From Blastocladiella emersonii ATCC 22665 (taxonomy: Eukaryota; Fungi; Blastocladiomycota): DNA of 64,000 bases. How positions within the stretch are numbered: position 1 is the stretch's first letter; each line of letters opens with the position of its first letter. Under the pieces are notes generated by a model, which did no database searches, had not been told where the DNA came from, and saw nothing but the letters and a program-made list of their open reading frames with translations. A program made the position numbers and the translations under genes. Shown here piece by piece: positions 1 through 12,045 of the stretch. The stretch covers positions 1,302,001 to 1,366,000 of the forward strand of contig JANHCV010000013.1 in assembly GCA_025594325.1 (NCBI GenBank), read 5' to 3'.

Positions 1-1011
1 CACCTCCGCGTCCCGCGAAACCCGCGCGAGCTCGGCCTCCGCGGCCGCGAGCCGCCCGCCGACCCGCGCGTGCTCGCCCAGGAGCTCCTGCATCTCGGCC
101 TCGCACCGGCGGCGGACCTCGGCCTCGTGCGCGAGCGCGAGCTCGACGTGGCGCAGCTGCGCCGCGGCTTTCGCGCGCGCGGCCTCCGCGTCGCGCGCCG
201 CCGTCTGCGCCGCCTCGAGGGCGAGCTGGACTCCGGCGTGCGACTCGGCGCGCACGCGCAGGTCCGTGACGACTGCCTGCGCCTCGTCGTGCAGGGAACG
301 CCACTTTTCCTCGCGCGCGGTCGCTGCGGCCACGTCGGACTTGAGGCGAACGCACTCGGCCTGCGCCGCGGCCGTCGCGGCTTGCAGGGTTTCGACGGTC
401 TGCTTCGCGCGCGCGGCCGCCGAGGTGAGGCGCGAGACTTCGGCGTGTTTCGCGGCGACCTGCGACTCCCACTCGGCCGTGGCGCGGAGCAAGCGCCGGT
501 GCGATTCCGCGAGGTCGTCGCGGACCTGGGCGAGCTCGGTCTCGAGGTCCCGCGCGCGCGCGGATTCGGACGCCGCGGAGGCGGTGGCCGCGGCGGTCGC
601 GGCGTCAGCGGCGGACAGGCGGTCTTGGAACTGGCGCTTCAGCGCGGTCACGTCCTCGGTGGCTTCTTTTTCGGACAGGGACTTGTTGCTCCGTCTACAC
701 GGCACGCGTGTCAGGTGTGCGGCGAGAGGGAACGCGGTGAGCGTGACGTACAGGAACCGCGTCTCGAGCTCGAGCAGGTAGATCTGCTGCTGCAGCGACT
801 TGACAAAGTCGTCCTGGGTCTTGCGCTGCGCCGCCTTGGACGCCGACGACATGGGCGAGGGCTTTGAGAGAGAGCCCGTCTTGCCGCTCGCGCCTACACA
901 CGGTCACACCGCGTCAGGGCTCGTCGGGTCGGCAGGTCCGGGGCGAGCAAGCGGACCAGGAAACACGGTGCCCTTGACAGGGCTCTTGGCGGGGAACGCG
1001 CTAAAGTTCAT
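1..1011 (-). CDS. Uncharacterised long coiled-coil protein, 3' end runs off the window
   Basis: ATG at 1011. Inferred GT-AG introns 956-894 and 751-695 keep the frame, giving MNFSAFPAK...DFVKSLQQQIYLLELETRFLRSNKSLSEKE followed by A/E/R-rich heptads with host GC3 codon bias. Confidence 0.7.
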
Positions 1012-1255
1012 GGTGTCGCGGAATGCATGTGCTTTCGGTTGTGTAGGTGGTGCGGTTGGTGGAGAGGAGAAGCGGTGAGGTGACGCGACGTGCGCGGCGG
1101 AACGCGTCGAGCAATCACGTTTTGTCTCACGACGCGTCTCGCACCGCGACTCCTCGCAACTGTCGAAACTGAGACGGGCAGTAACACAAACTGTAGCTGT
1201 ATGATGGAGGTGATATGGGAAGACACAAAAAGAGCTGTAGGGGTACAAGTTGGAC

Positions 1256-3167
1256 CTACGCGGCGAGGAGGATCGCCGCGATCGCCGCAACGACCGCGAC
1301 GCCAAACGACGCGGCGGCGGACCGTGGCGCGGGCGACTTGCCGAGCCCGGACGCGCTGGTGTTCACGTCCGTGAGCCCTCCGGTCCCCGCCTTGACGGGG
1401 TCGACGACGCCCGTGGCGGTCGCGGGCGGGACCGTGGCGATGCCCGCGGGCTGGATGTAGTCGCAGCGGAGGTTGCAGTACTCGGAGTCGGGGATGCACC
1501 ATTTCGAGGTGCGCTTGTAGGGCGGGTTGAGGGGGACCGGGTACACCTTGTTGATGGCGTTGATGAGCGAGTCCTCGGGCGCGGGCAGGTCCTGGTTCGA
1601 GTTCCACAGCATGATGCCGCCGAGCCCCTGGTCAATGACCCACTTGGCCTTCTCGGCGACGGTCGCGGGCGAGTCGATGAACCACGACGCCGTGCCGTTG
1701 TTGAAGATGTTGATGCCGCGCTTCGTGTCCACGTACGACTTCCACTTGGCGTCCTTGCGGAACATGTTCATCAGGATGTTGTACGCCGTCGGCTCCGTCA
1801 TCTGCACCTTGTTGGCGCCGACGGGGATCCCGAACCCGGGGATCCCGTCGCGCGACTGCATCCGGTCCGTGAGACCCATCCACCCGTTGCCGTACAGCGG
1901 GATGCCGACCACTACGCGCACCGATCAAGTCAGCAAGCAGATCACTCGCTTTCCTCACCCAAAAAATGACGTACCGAGCTTCTCCTTGGCAAACCCGAGA
2001 TCGAGGTACCCCTTGATCCCGCCCATGACCGTGTTGGCCTTTTCGACGGGCAGGTCGTCGTCGGCGGGGCGCAGGGTGCCGCCGCCGCGCGTGCGCTCGT
2101 CGGGCTTGGCGTGCTGGTACTCGTAGGCCATGACGAGGGCGTAGTCGAGGGCCTGGGCAATACCGCGCCAGCCGGCCGGGGTGCCGCCGAACGCGTAGCC
2201 GGCGAGGGCGGCCGTCACCTCGTACGGCTTGCTCTTGGACGCCCAGTACTGCTTGAGCTCGCGGTAGAAGGTGGCCGCGTTGTCGTGGTCCTCGTTCGGC
2301 CGGCTAGGAAAAGTGGGACAAGTGTTAGTTTTGGGGGTCCGGAGCGGGTTTTAGCGAGGAAAACGAGCGAACCTGGTCCAGTGCGGGAAGTCGGGGTTGC
2401 CCTTCTTGTCGTTAGCGCCTATAAGTCGGATTTTTCGTTAGCTTTCGAGGATCGCGAGCAAAACCAGGGCGCATTGGACGTGCCGGGGAACTCCCAATCA
2501 AAGTCGATTCCGTCGAACCCGAACTTGTCGAGCAGCTCGGTGCCCGTGACGACGGCCTTCTGGCGGGCGGCCTGGGAGGCGAACACGTCCGAGAAGTTGT
2601 CGGACCAGGTCCAGCCGCCGACGGACATGATGAGCTTGAGGTGCGGGTACTTGTCCTTGAGCAGGAACATCTGGTACAGCTCGCCCTTGAGGCACGCGCC
2701 GACGCAGTTGCACCGCTTGTTGTCCATGTACCTGATGACGGGTGAACGGAGGAACAGATCGTGAGCGTGGGTTCGAGGACAGGGAGGGAGGGGAAAGGCG
2801 CGTACCCGAAGACCTTCTCCGTGTACTGGCCGTACGCAGCACGGCCGACCTCGGAGTGGGTCGGGCCCTGCAGCGTGATGGTGCCGTCCTTGAGCATGTT
2901 GGCGAACGAGAAGACGAGGTGCGAGATCTGGTTGCCGGGGGTCTCCCAGTGCTTGATGCCGGTCGTCTGCCAGTAGTAGTACGAGAAGACGACGTTCGGG
3001 CGGCCGCCGTGCGACGTTGGCGCCGTGGGCGCGGCGGGGGTGCCGGCAGCGGCACCGGGGGCACCGGGGGCGGCAGCGGGCGGGGCCTGGGCGCCGGCGA
3101 GGACGGCGAGGCAGACCACGACGAGCGCGAGGGCCGCGCACATGACGCGGGCGAGTTGAGACGTCAT
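1256..3167 (-). CDS. GH18 chitinase, secreted, probably GPI-anchored
   Basis: Signal peptide MTSQLARVMCAALALVVVCLAVLAGA, SVGGW motif, catalytic FDGIDFDWEFPG (DxxDxDxE), VMAYE and GIMLWNSNQD. Introns 2805-2732, 2483-2419 (GC-AG), 2372-2304 and 1974-1912 restore the frame. Ends in an S/T/A-rich stalk and hydrophobic tail. Confidence 0.92.
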
Positions 3168-3262
3168 GATGGTGGTGGTGGTGGTAGTAGTCGGTGGGAT
3201 AGCGAGCTCGAAGTCGATGGCCGGCAGCAACGACGAGGGATGGTGGTGGTGGTGGTAGTCGG
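3168..3262. repeat. Duplicated (GGT)n-TAGTCGG microsatellite block upstream of the chitinase ATG
   Basis: gatggtggtggtggtggtagtagtcgg near 3168 and gatggtggtggtggtggtagtcgg near 3239. Confidence 0.6.
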
Positions 3263-5250
3263 AGGAGGAGGGTACGCCACAGCACTCTAGTGTATGGGCA
3301 GGGCGGCGAGGGAGGTATACAGGACGAGGAGCGCGGACACGGCGTCAGTGCATCGCAAGAGGAGGGGACGGCGGCGATGGTCATGAACGCCTCGCCGGGC
3401 GGGCCCGCGGCGCATCGGCGGTCCTCCCCCGCGCTGCTTCATTCATCGTTCAGGTCGCCGGCGAGTGGCTTACGACAAGCAGCGAGAACAGGGGGAGGGC
3501 GAGGCTTGGCGGCGCCGACCGTGGGGAAGCACGCACCAGCTCGAGGGTGCTCGTTGTCGGGCTCGCTTGTCTATACTGCGCCGGCCGGAGCGAGTGCGCA
3601 GAGTCTATGATGCGTGGAGAGGGCGGCGTCTAGCACGGGGAGCAGCGACGGGTCGGCGGCGAGGGCGACGTGCTCGAGTCGGCGGCGGCCAGCGGAGGAG
3701 GCGCCAGGGCGCCAGCGCCGCACTTGGCCATTTCATATTTCTGCACCGCGCACGTGGGCGGCGTCGGTCCCTGCAGGATGATTGGACCGGCAAAGCGGCA
3801 GGGGGCGGCGGAGGCGTTTTAGCCGCGCGGAATCCGGGTTTCACGTCACCTGACGCCGGTTTTCGGTTCCCCGTCGCGCATCTCTGCGCGTCACCGTTGT
3901 CGCGCTTGCCCCTCGTCAGCTCGCCGATGTGTGCAGGAAGGAATGAAACTCGATGCAAGTGCGTTGATCGACGGAGCCCACTTGCCGGTGGTGCGGCGGC
4001 GCGGGTTCCCATCTGCCCGAGCGCGCTCGGCATGGGTCGGGGACGCCGAGCAGGCCTTCACCGCGGCGGCCGTGCTACCGTGTCGCTCCAGCTGATGCGG
4101 CCATGTGCTCGCGTCTTGATGTCGAGACAGGGATCGCGCAGGGATCACTTTGTCCCTGTCGCGGTGAGGCGGCGAAGCCCCGATGAAGACCTTGCTCCCT
4201 GAGGCCTAGAGCAGGACCTCCCCTCCCGACTATGGGCCCGTTCTCGGCGACGCCTACGAATTACGCCGCCGTCGACGAGCCTGGCGTGCCCGACCAGTCT
4301 CGTTCTCGTCGCTGCAACGGCTCGGCCGCGACCCAGTTGCGATATTCGTGGACTCGATGCTCAACTGCTGCTCACATCCGGCACGCGGTCAACTGCGCGC
4401 GGTGAGCGGTCTAAGCCAACTCGGGCAACAGGCGCTCGATCTCGCGACGCTATGCCGCGTCGCTGCTCTTAACCGCTTGCACGCCTACCCTCACTGCTGC
4501 TTCATGTGTGCCCTCACGGCCAACGGGCCCCGCACCCCAACCGGGTCATGCCAATCGCCACATTCATCGTGCTTACAGCCGAAGGCAACGGGCGGTCTCA
4601 TCTACGAGATGTTCGAGGTCGCCGCGAGCCCGCGTCGGTCCCGTTCGAGCTTGAGTCGATGCGGGCTGCGGCCGCTTGAGCATGCGTCCCCCGCTTCCGT
4701 CGGCCGCCTCGGCATCTGACCGGCGCGCGATGCGCACGCCCGGCGAGCCCAACCTCTGCGCGAACGAAACCATGCGGTTCCCCCGAGACCAGGCACCGAC
4801 CACGCGCGCTGACTCGCCGCTTGGCGACGCGCCTACCCTAGCCCAGGTGTGTGGTCGCGGCGAGGGTACGAGCAGCGCGTCGCTGCAGCCTTGAGGTCCG
4901 ACGTCGGACTGGCTCGCTCTCACTCTCACTCTCAACCGTATCGCTCGCTGGTGCTCTGGTCGTTGTTGCGCGTGCGGCTTCGCGAACCTGTCCGGATCGG
5001 ACGTTCACCGAGCTGGCACCCGCCACGCCGAGCCCGTTCGCTCGGCGCGTGTCGTGCTGGCCCCTCGCATGGCAGCTTGCAAGCGATGGCGGGGTGAGAG
5101 AAGAACGCGCGAGACGCGTCTCCGCGTCACGGTCAGCTGACGGTTTCCACGGGCCCGCGTTTCGGCGCGCCTGTCCGCTTCGCTCGGCGCTCGTCGGCCC
5201 TCCCTCTCCTCTCCCCACCAACCCACCTCAATGCAAGTCACTCTACAACC

Positions 5251-7095
5251 ATGCTAGCAACAACGCACCAGGTCAAGCTCGACATCTTCGACATCGTCGA
5301 CGCCATCCTGTACCGCGCCACGGTCGTGCACGCGTACCTTCACCCGCGCGACGTTGTTGGCCTGGCGCAGTACTCGCGCGTCGCGCAGCGCGACCTGATC
5401 CCGACCGTCGCGCACATGATCCTGCTCAACTGCCCCGCGCTGTCCATCGACACCGGGAGCCGCACGGGCAACGTGGCCGCGCTCGACCTGTGGATGTGGT
5501 CGCGCCTGTCCAAGTCCAAGCGGTACTCGGTCGAGGCCCTCAACTGCGCCATCATGTACAACCTGTGGCCCGTGCTCGCGTGGTGGCGCGACTCGGGCCT
5601 CGAGCTCCGCTACACCACGCTCAACGATAAGGCGCGCACCGCGCTCGACCTCCCCAAGGGCGCCATCGACGCGCCCAACGGCGGACTCAGCTTCCCGCAC
5701 CGCGGGGCGCCGTACCCGACGGGCGACGCGCTCATCCACCGCATCGCGGACGACGTCGCCCGCGTGCGCTACACGGAGGTGATCCTCGAGGGCGAGCGCA
5801 TCACCGTCGCCGGGATGGCCGAGCTCGCGCGCGCGCTCAAGGCCGCCGCCGCGCTCATGGAGAGCCCCGCGCACCCGGCCGCTGAGAAAATGTGCACGCT
5901 CGAGTTCAACTACTGCGACATCGACGCGGCGTCCGCACGCGTGCTCGGCGCCGCCATCCCGCCGTCCGTCACCCGCTTCAACATCTTCGGCAACCACCTG
6001 TGCCGCGACGACCCCGACGGGTTCGCCGTGCTGCGCCTGCCGCCCGGCCTGCGCGAGCTCGACATCAGCGAGAACGGGGACGTCAAGCACGCCGCCGGCA
6101 TGGCGCGGTTCGCCGCGCAGCTGCCGCGCTCGCTCGAGTCGTTCACGCTCAACAAGACGGCGCTCGACGCCCCCGGCGTCATGGCCGCGCTCGCGCCCGG
6201 CCTCGCCCTGCCCAACCTGCGCCGCCTGATCCTCGCGCGCAGCCGCATCGGGTCTGGGGGTGCCCGCGCGCTCGCCGCGCACCTCCCGCCCAACCTCGTC
6301 GAGCTGAACCTCACCGGCGGCAGCATCGACGACGCCGCGTTCTGCGTGCTCGCCCCGCGCCTGCCCCGGTCCCTGCGCATGCTCCTGCTCGGCCCCGGCA
6401 ACGCCATCGAATCCGCGGGCGCCGTCTTGCTCGCGAAACACATGCCGCCGGCGCTCCTGCACCTGAACCTCGGGTACTCAAAGATCGGCGAAGCCGGCGC
6501 CACCGCGCTCGCCGCAGCCCTGCCCGCGACGCTCACCGAGCTCGTCCTGTCGCACAACGAGATCACGGCGCCGGGCATCCGCGCGCTCGCCGCCGCGCTC
6601 GCGTCGCGCGTCCGGTCCCTGCAGGTGCTGGACCTCGCGTGGAACGCCATGGGCACCGCCGCCGGCCTCGACCTGTCGCGCGCGCTCCCGCCGTCGCTCG
6701 TGTCGCTCGACCTGCGCCACGTCGCGCTCGGCACCCGCAGGTCGCGCAGTTTGATCGCGGCGCTCCCGCGCTCCCTGTCGACGCTCGTGGTCGGCGAGAA
6801 CGGCGTCGACGCGGCCGCGGTCCGCGGGATCCCGCCCGCCCTCGCGTGCCTCGATCTCACGGGCAACCACGAGTTTGGCGACGCTGGCGCGCTAGCGCTC
6901 GCGGACGTGATGCCGCGCGAGCTACAGAAACTCGTCCTGTTCGACTGCCAGATCGAGCCCGCCGGGTTCCAGGCGCTCGCGCGACGTGTGCCGCGGTCGC
7001 TCATGGCGTTGGATGTCGCGGGCAACGCGATCGATCAGGCTACGCTCAACCTGCTCGCAGCGGCGTGTCCCGAGGGGTGCCAGCTCCAGTTTTGA
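5251..7095 (+). CDS. RNI-like leucine-rich repeat protein (614 aa) with a degenerate F-box/ankyrin-like N-terminus
   Basis: Intronless ORF with host codon bias. Repeats of the LPxxLxxLxLxxNxIxxxGAxALA type. N-terminus has LDIFDIVDAILY and VLAWWRDSGLELRY. Confidence 0.88.
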   Translation: MLATTHQVKLDIFDIVDAILYRATVVHAYLHPRDVVGLAQYSRVAQRDLIPTVAHMILLNCPALSIDTGSRTGNVAALDLWMWSRLSKSKRYSVEALNCAIMYNLWPVLAWWRDSGLELRYTTLNDKARTALDLPKGAIDAPNGGLSFPHRGAPYPTGDALIHRIADDVARVRYTEVILEGERITVAGMAELARALKAAAALMESPAHPAAEKMCTLEFNYCDIDAASARVLGAAIPPSVTRFNIFGNHLCRDDPDGFAVLRLPPGLRELDISENGDVKHAAGMARFAAQLPRSLESFTLNKTALDAPGVMAALAPGLALPNLRRLILARSRIGSGGARALAAHLPPNLVELNLTGGSIDDAAFCVLAPRLPRSLRMLLLGPGNAIESAGAVLLAKHMPPALLHLNLGYSKIGEAGATALAAALPATLTELVLSHNEITAPGIRALAAALASRVRSLQVLDLAWNAMGTAAGLDLSRALPPSLVSLDLRHVALGTRRSRSLIAALPRSLSTLVVGENGVDAAAVRGIPPALACLDLTGNHEFGDAGALALADVMPRELQKLVLFDCQIEPAGFQALARRVPRSLMALDVAGNAIDQATLNLLAAACPEGCQLQF

Positions 7096-7323
7096 GGGTG
7101 AGCAGGAGAGAGATTAGATGTATATACGCTCTGTTTTGGTTCAACGACGAGCGGAACGACTGGCGACTGCAGTGACCCTCGGCGGCGTTAGCTGTGGTCA
7201 CCGTGGCTGCGCATTCGGTCGCGAGCGGACGACTACTCGTGCGTACGCGGCTGACATGGCGCTTGTAAGCGTTGGCCATCAAGCTGCGCAAGCCCTCGCC
7301 ATCCAGCACGGCAAGTGAAGAAC

Positions 7324-7970
7324 ATGGACCACGACGGGGGCAAGGATCGCGCGCGGTCGACTGCCGCGGCTCGCCGGTCCACGTCGCCGCCCGTGTCCCC
7401 GAACGGCGGCGCGCTCTCGCCCATCCTTGACCTTGTCGGAGACTCGTCTGCACCACCAACACCCACGGCGCCCAGCACGTCGACCAAGTCGGTTTCCTCG
7501 TCGACAGCGGCCACGCGCGGCCAGTCGCCCGTCCCTGAACCCGCGACGGCGTGGACGCGGCCCACACGGCGCGCAACCACCACCACCACGAGGACCACCT
7601 CGAGCCGCGGCGGCCGCGGGTCCGCGGGCGCAATGCGCCGCGTCTCATTCGCGTCGCGTCAACCTCGCCGTCGTGGCTCGAGCTCGACGAAGGCGGGTTC
7701 GCGGGCCAGTCGATCAAGTCGATCCGCAAGCAGACTCGAAGACTCGAACGCGTCGCGCGCCAGGAGCTCAAGCACATGCAGCGGTTCGGCGGCAGAACCT
7801 CGACCGGTTCAGCGCCGGCGTCAAGCGAGCCACGACAAGGCCATGGTGGACGTCGACGACGCGTGCGCGGGACCGTCAACGCCGCGCGCAAGGTTGCAGC
7901 CGACCTCAAGTCGTCCCTCGCGGTTGCGGCGAAGTTCGAGGAGCCGTACCGCGCGCTGCTGTGGCCATGA
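7324..7970 (+). pseudogene. Hypothetical gene or remnant, frame discontinuity near 7540
   Basis: An S/T/P-rich frame from ATG 7324 must switch to a host-codon frame (ELDEGGFAGQSIKSIRKQ...FEEPYRALLWP*) that has an in-frame TGA at 7536. No clear intron bridges them. Confidence 0.3.
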
Positions 7971-9649
7971 GCGCGGGCCAGGTCGCGTGCGCGCGCGCTG
8001 GACTCGCTCACTCACACCGCTCGGTGTGGAAGGAGGAATCGCGCTCCTCAAAGCGCTCCCAGCACAGCCGGAGCGAGTTCACTGCTTGCACCAGCACAGC
8101 GTTGCGGCCGTCAACGGGACGGTATATTGGTCCGGGGTCGACGAGGCACAGCGGTCGAGAGCGGCGAGGTCCACCCAGGAAGCGGTCGTGAGTGACAAGT
8201 GCCGGCCAGGGAGCGGTAGCGAGGGACGATGATCACATCGGGCCCCGACGACAGCGAGCGCTGGAGCTAAGATGGTCGCATCGGGCGCCCGAACGATGGC
8301 CGGCTGCGCCATGATGCCCGCATCGGGTTGCGCCACCACCACAGACTGAGCCACTGAGACGCGCTGGCGACGCGCTGGAGAGCCTAAGGTCGGATGCGTC
8401 ACGATCGCGGCCGAGAGAGGACCCACCGCCACAATGCACAACGAGAGTGACAGGGACGCGGGTCCTTATCCGAGCTTGATAAGGCCGCCGCCACCGAGCA
8501 CTGCTGGCCCCACTTTTTCCTGCAGGGGCGCCGCCCGCTGGCCGCCGCCACATGCGTTCTTATGCGACGAGGCGCAACGCGTTGCGCGCAGTGACGCGCG
8601 CGTGGGACGAGATGATCTTCGTCAAGGACGGCAGCGGTGTTGGGAACGCGTGCGTCATCTGGCCCCACGGTACACTGACCTCATTTTCTCGTCATGAGCT
8701 GCGTGGGACGAGTGCGAGTCAGCAGGGCGCTGGCGCCTCGGCCGAGGGGCGACGCGCGCGGAACTCGCCATGCTGCCCGAACCGCGTGATGGCTGCTGAT
8801 CTTGCTGATCCTGACTGATCCTGTCTAACAAACCCGCTTCAAACTTCGGGCGCGGCATGGCCGCCGGCGTCGGCGAGACCCACGCGGCGATGGCCGAGCC
8901 GTGGGAGTTGCGGGGGACTGGGGCCCACTGCGAGCGCGGAGGACCCACGCGCTGAACCACGCGAGCGGGGCGAGGGACCGTAAGGGAGACAAGCATCGGC
9001 CCATCGGCCGGGATGGGTCGGCGACATCATCGTGCAGGGAGACAAAGCGGCGTCTGGCCCATGCGTTCGCCGGCAGGGTCCCTCATCTCAGGTTTGCACG
9101 CGCTAGTTGAGGCCCTCGCGCTCGCGAAGTCGGGTGGGTCGAACTCCAACACCAAGGCCAATCCCTCCCAAGCGTTGGCGAGTTGTTCAGGAGCGAGGTG
9201 AATCCCATCACTTGCGCCGGAGCCGCACGGGTCAGCGTCGCTCGCCATGACGATGGTCGCGGCGGCGACCACGCTGAACTCTCTAGCCATCGTGGCCACC
9301 GTGGTCACCATGGCCGCCGTGAGGGACAGAGTTTGAGCTCATCGTCGCGGTCGAGGACTCAACATGAGTCGTGTCGTGCGCAGCGCACTGAAATAAAGCG
9401 GACGGCGGGAACCGGGTGAGAAATGATTGGACGTACGATGAAACGAGGCGCGCGCCCAAGAAATAACGGCTGCGACGCCAACAAAGCCACCGCACGGGGC
9501 CTCGCTAGCCACCCCGAGCAATATGGGGGCGCCCGCCGGCCGGGCTGGCCGGGTTGGCCGGGCTGCCGGGCTGGCGTAGAGTTCCTTCGCCGATTTTCCA
9601 TCTTATGTGCTGGATCCCCCATCGGCGCCACGGGGATGCCCGCATCGCC

Positions 9650-9656
9650 TATAAAA
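9650..9656 (+). promoter_or_regulatory. TATA box upstream of sugar transporter copy A
   Basis: TATAAAA in a GC-rich context about 170 nt upstream of ATG 9822, followed by a pyrimidine-rich leader. Confidence 0.55.
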
Positions 9657-9749
9657 CCTGGCCGGCCCCCCGGGCATCCTCCCTCTCTCTCGAACAGCAC
9701 CCACACAAAAGAGCAGCGCTCGACACAACCACTCCTCTCCCACACTCTT

Positions 9750-12045
9750 GAGCGCCGCTGCTGATCTCCCTCCCCTCCACTCCCTGATCCCTCATCACTC
9801 CCTCCCACCTCGACCTCGACCATGACGAACGCGGGCCTGTACTCGGTCTTTGTCAGGTACGTTCCCCCACACCCCCATCACCCACGAAGCCGCCGAAACA
9901 TCTCGACTGACCCGCCGCCGCCGCCCTGTCCCTCAACACGCGTATAGTTTTGCGGCGGCCCTTGGCGGCTTCCTGTTCGGCTATGAGATCGGGATCATCA
10001 ACTCGGTCCTCGAGATGGACCCGTTCCAGCTGTTCTACGGCCTCTCGAACCTCGTCAACGGCGAGCTGGTCAAGACGGACGAGTCGACGTCCCGCACCTC
10101 CAACATCGTGTCCTTCTTCCTGCTCGGCTGCATCCCCGGCGCGCTGTTCATGGCCCTCGCCGCCGACATTCTCGGCCGCAAGAAGTCGATCTGGCTCGGC
10201 GCCATGTTCTTCTCGGCCGGCGCCATGATCCAGGCCCTGGTCCCCGCCTCCGACTCGATCTCGTCGCGCGTCGGTTTTGTCATGGCTGGTCGTTTTGTCG
10301 GTGGTCTTGGCGTCGGTATCCTGTCCATGACCGTGCCCCTGTACATTGCCGAGCTCGCCCCGACCAGCATCCGCGGCCGCCTCACGACCATCCAGCAGCT
10401 CATGATCACCATCGGCATCGCCTTCGCCTCGATCGTCAACGCCATCATCATCACGGTGTACAAGTCGGCTGCCAAGGACGACAACTCGCAGTGGCGCCTC
10501 GCTCTTGGCATCCAGGCCGCGCCCGGCTTCCTGCTCATCCTCATCCTGTTCCTCCTGCCCGAGTCGCCCCGCTGGCTCCTGTCCAAGAACCGCGACGACG
10601 AGGCTGCCGCCCAGCTCGCCAAGCTGCGCCAGACTGACGTCAAGGCCGCCGAGGTGCAGCAGGAGTTCCACGACATCAAGCAGTCGATCGACGCCGAGCG
10701 CCAGATCGGCACCGCGTCGTGGGGCGAGCTCATGCGCCCGGGCATCCGCAACCGTCTCGTCATTGGCGTTATGCTCCAGTTCTTCCAGCAGTGGACCGGG
10801 ATCAATGCGGTCATGTACTTCAGCTCTTCGCTCTTCATCGCAATGGGTTTCTCGCGCAATACCGCTACGACCGTTAATGTCGTTGTCCAAGCACTCGTAA
10901 ATGTGTTCGGCACGCTCCCCGGCATGTACCTCATCGAGCGCGCGGGCCGCACGCAGCTGCTCAAGTGGGGTGGTATCGGCATGGCGACCTTCATGTGGAT
11001 CATCTGCATCGCGGTCAACCTGTTCCAGTCGGCGTCCGCGGGCCTGACGCCCGACGCGTACCCGGCCTCGGCGACCGCCTACTCGCTCATCGGCCTCGTT
11101 GGGATGTATCTTTACGTCCTCTGCTGTACGTGTTCACTTACATTGACCGCGGACCCGCTCTGACACCGATCGACTGACATTTTCTCGCGCTCGCTCCCTC
11201 CACCTCGCTCGCCTCTCCAACCGCCTCGCCACTCACCCACCTCCTTTCTTTTCCCCGCAAAAAAATAGTCGCCTCGACGTGGGGCCCCGTGGTCTGGTCA
11301 TACGTTTCCGAAATCTTCCCGGCCCGTGTGCGCGGCAAGGGCGTCGGGATCGCGACCGCGAGCAACTGGATCAACAACTACATCCTCTCCGCGGTCTGGC
11401 CCTACATCAGCGAGGCTCTGCTCGCCAACCAGTACGCGATCTTCGGTTGCACCGGCCTCGCGATGGCCGCCTACGTCCACTTCCAGGTGCCCGAGACCAA
11501 GGGCAAGTCGCTCGAGGAGATGGACGAGGTGTTCGGGTTCAAGTCCGGCGCGGCCGCTTCGGAGCTCAAGGCCTGATCCCCCCCCCCCCCGGCCTTCTTT
11601 CGTATGGCGTGTCTCCATACTCTCTAGAAAAACCTTGTTTTGTCGTGTTACATACAGTTGTGCATTCTCCACTACTTGCTCGCAACGTCTCTTTCTCGTC
11701 AAGGTCCTCGCCCTCGCCCTTCCCTCGTCTCGCGCAAGACGCTGAGCCTCGACTTCGTGTCTCTTGCGTAACAAACCCTAACAAGCTATAAAGTGAGCCT
11801 TGATATCATGTTGAGTGTTCCGCGAGACCCGATGTTGGCGGAGAAGAGGCGCTCCGACGACGCGTTGCGCCACACCCGAAACGTGGCAGCCCGGTCGCGT
11901 GACCGTAATTAACGCGGTCGCCATTCAAGCCGGCCGCGCGATCCAGTCTCGCTGCTTCCTCCCAAAAACAACCACCACCCACGCAATGAAACCTTATGAA
12001 GTACATGCAACGCGCTCCGCGCGCTTCACGGACCTCCCCGCCGAG
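9750..12045 (+). repeat. Inverted duplication 1, left arm (2296 bp)
   Basis: Reverse complement of 14733-17028 (paired coordinates sum to 26778). ORF translations and the C13 tract are identical in both arms. Confidence 0.97.
9822..11576 (+). CDS. MFS sugar porter (hexose transporter family), copy A
   Basis: Exons 9822-9856, 9948-11125 and 11269-11576. Motifs GGFLFGYE, DILGRKK, VPLYIAELAPTSIRG, PESPRWL, QQWTGIN, SEIFPARVRG and VPETKGKSLEEM. Confidence 0.95.

Noticed and set aside
70-867. Many long ORFs antisense to or overlapping real genes (e.g. 70-867, 5254-6462, 19029-20798, 27514-28944, 43933-45636, 46035-47564)
   Set aside because: These are shadow frames caused by extreme GC3 bias. 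They give Arg/Gly/Ala-rich translations with no motifs and lie opposite well-supported genes.
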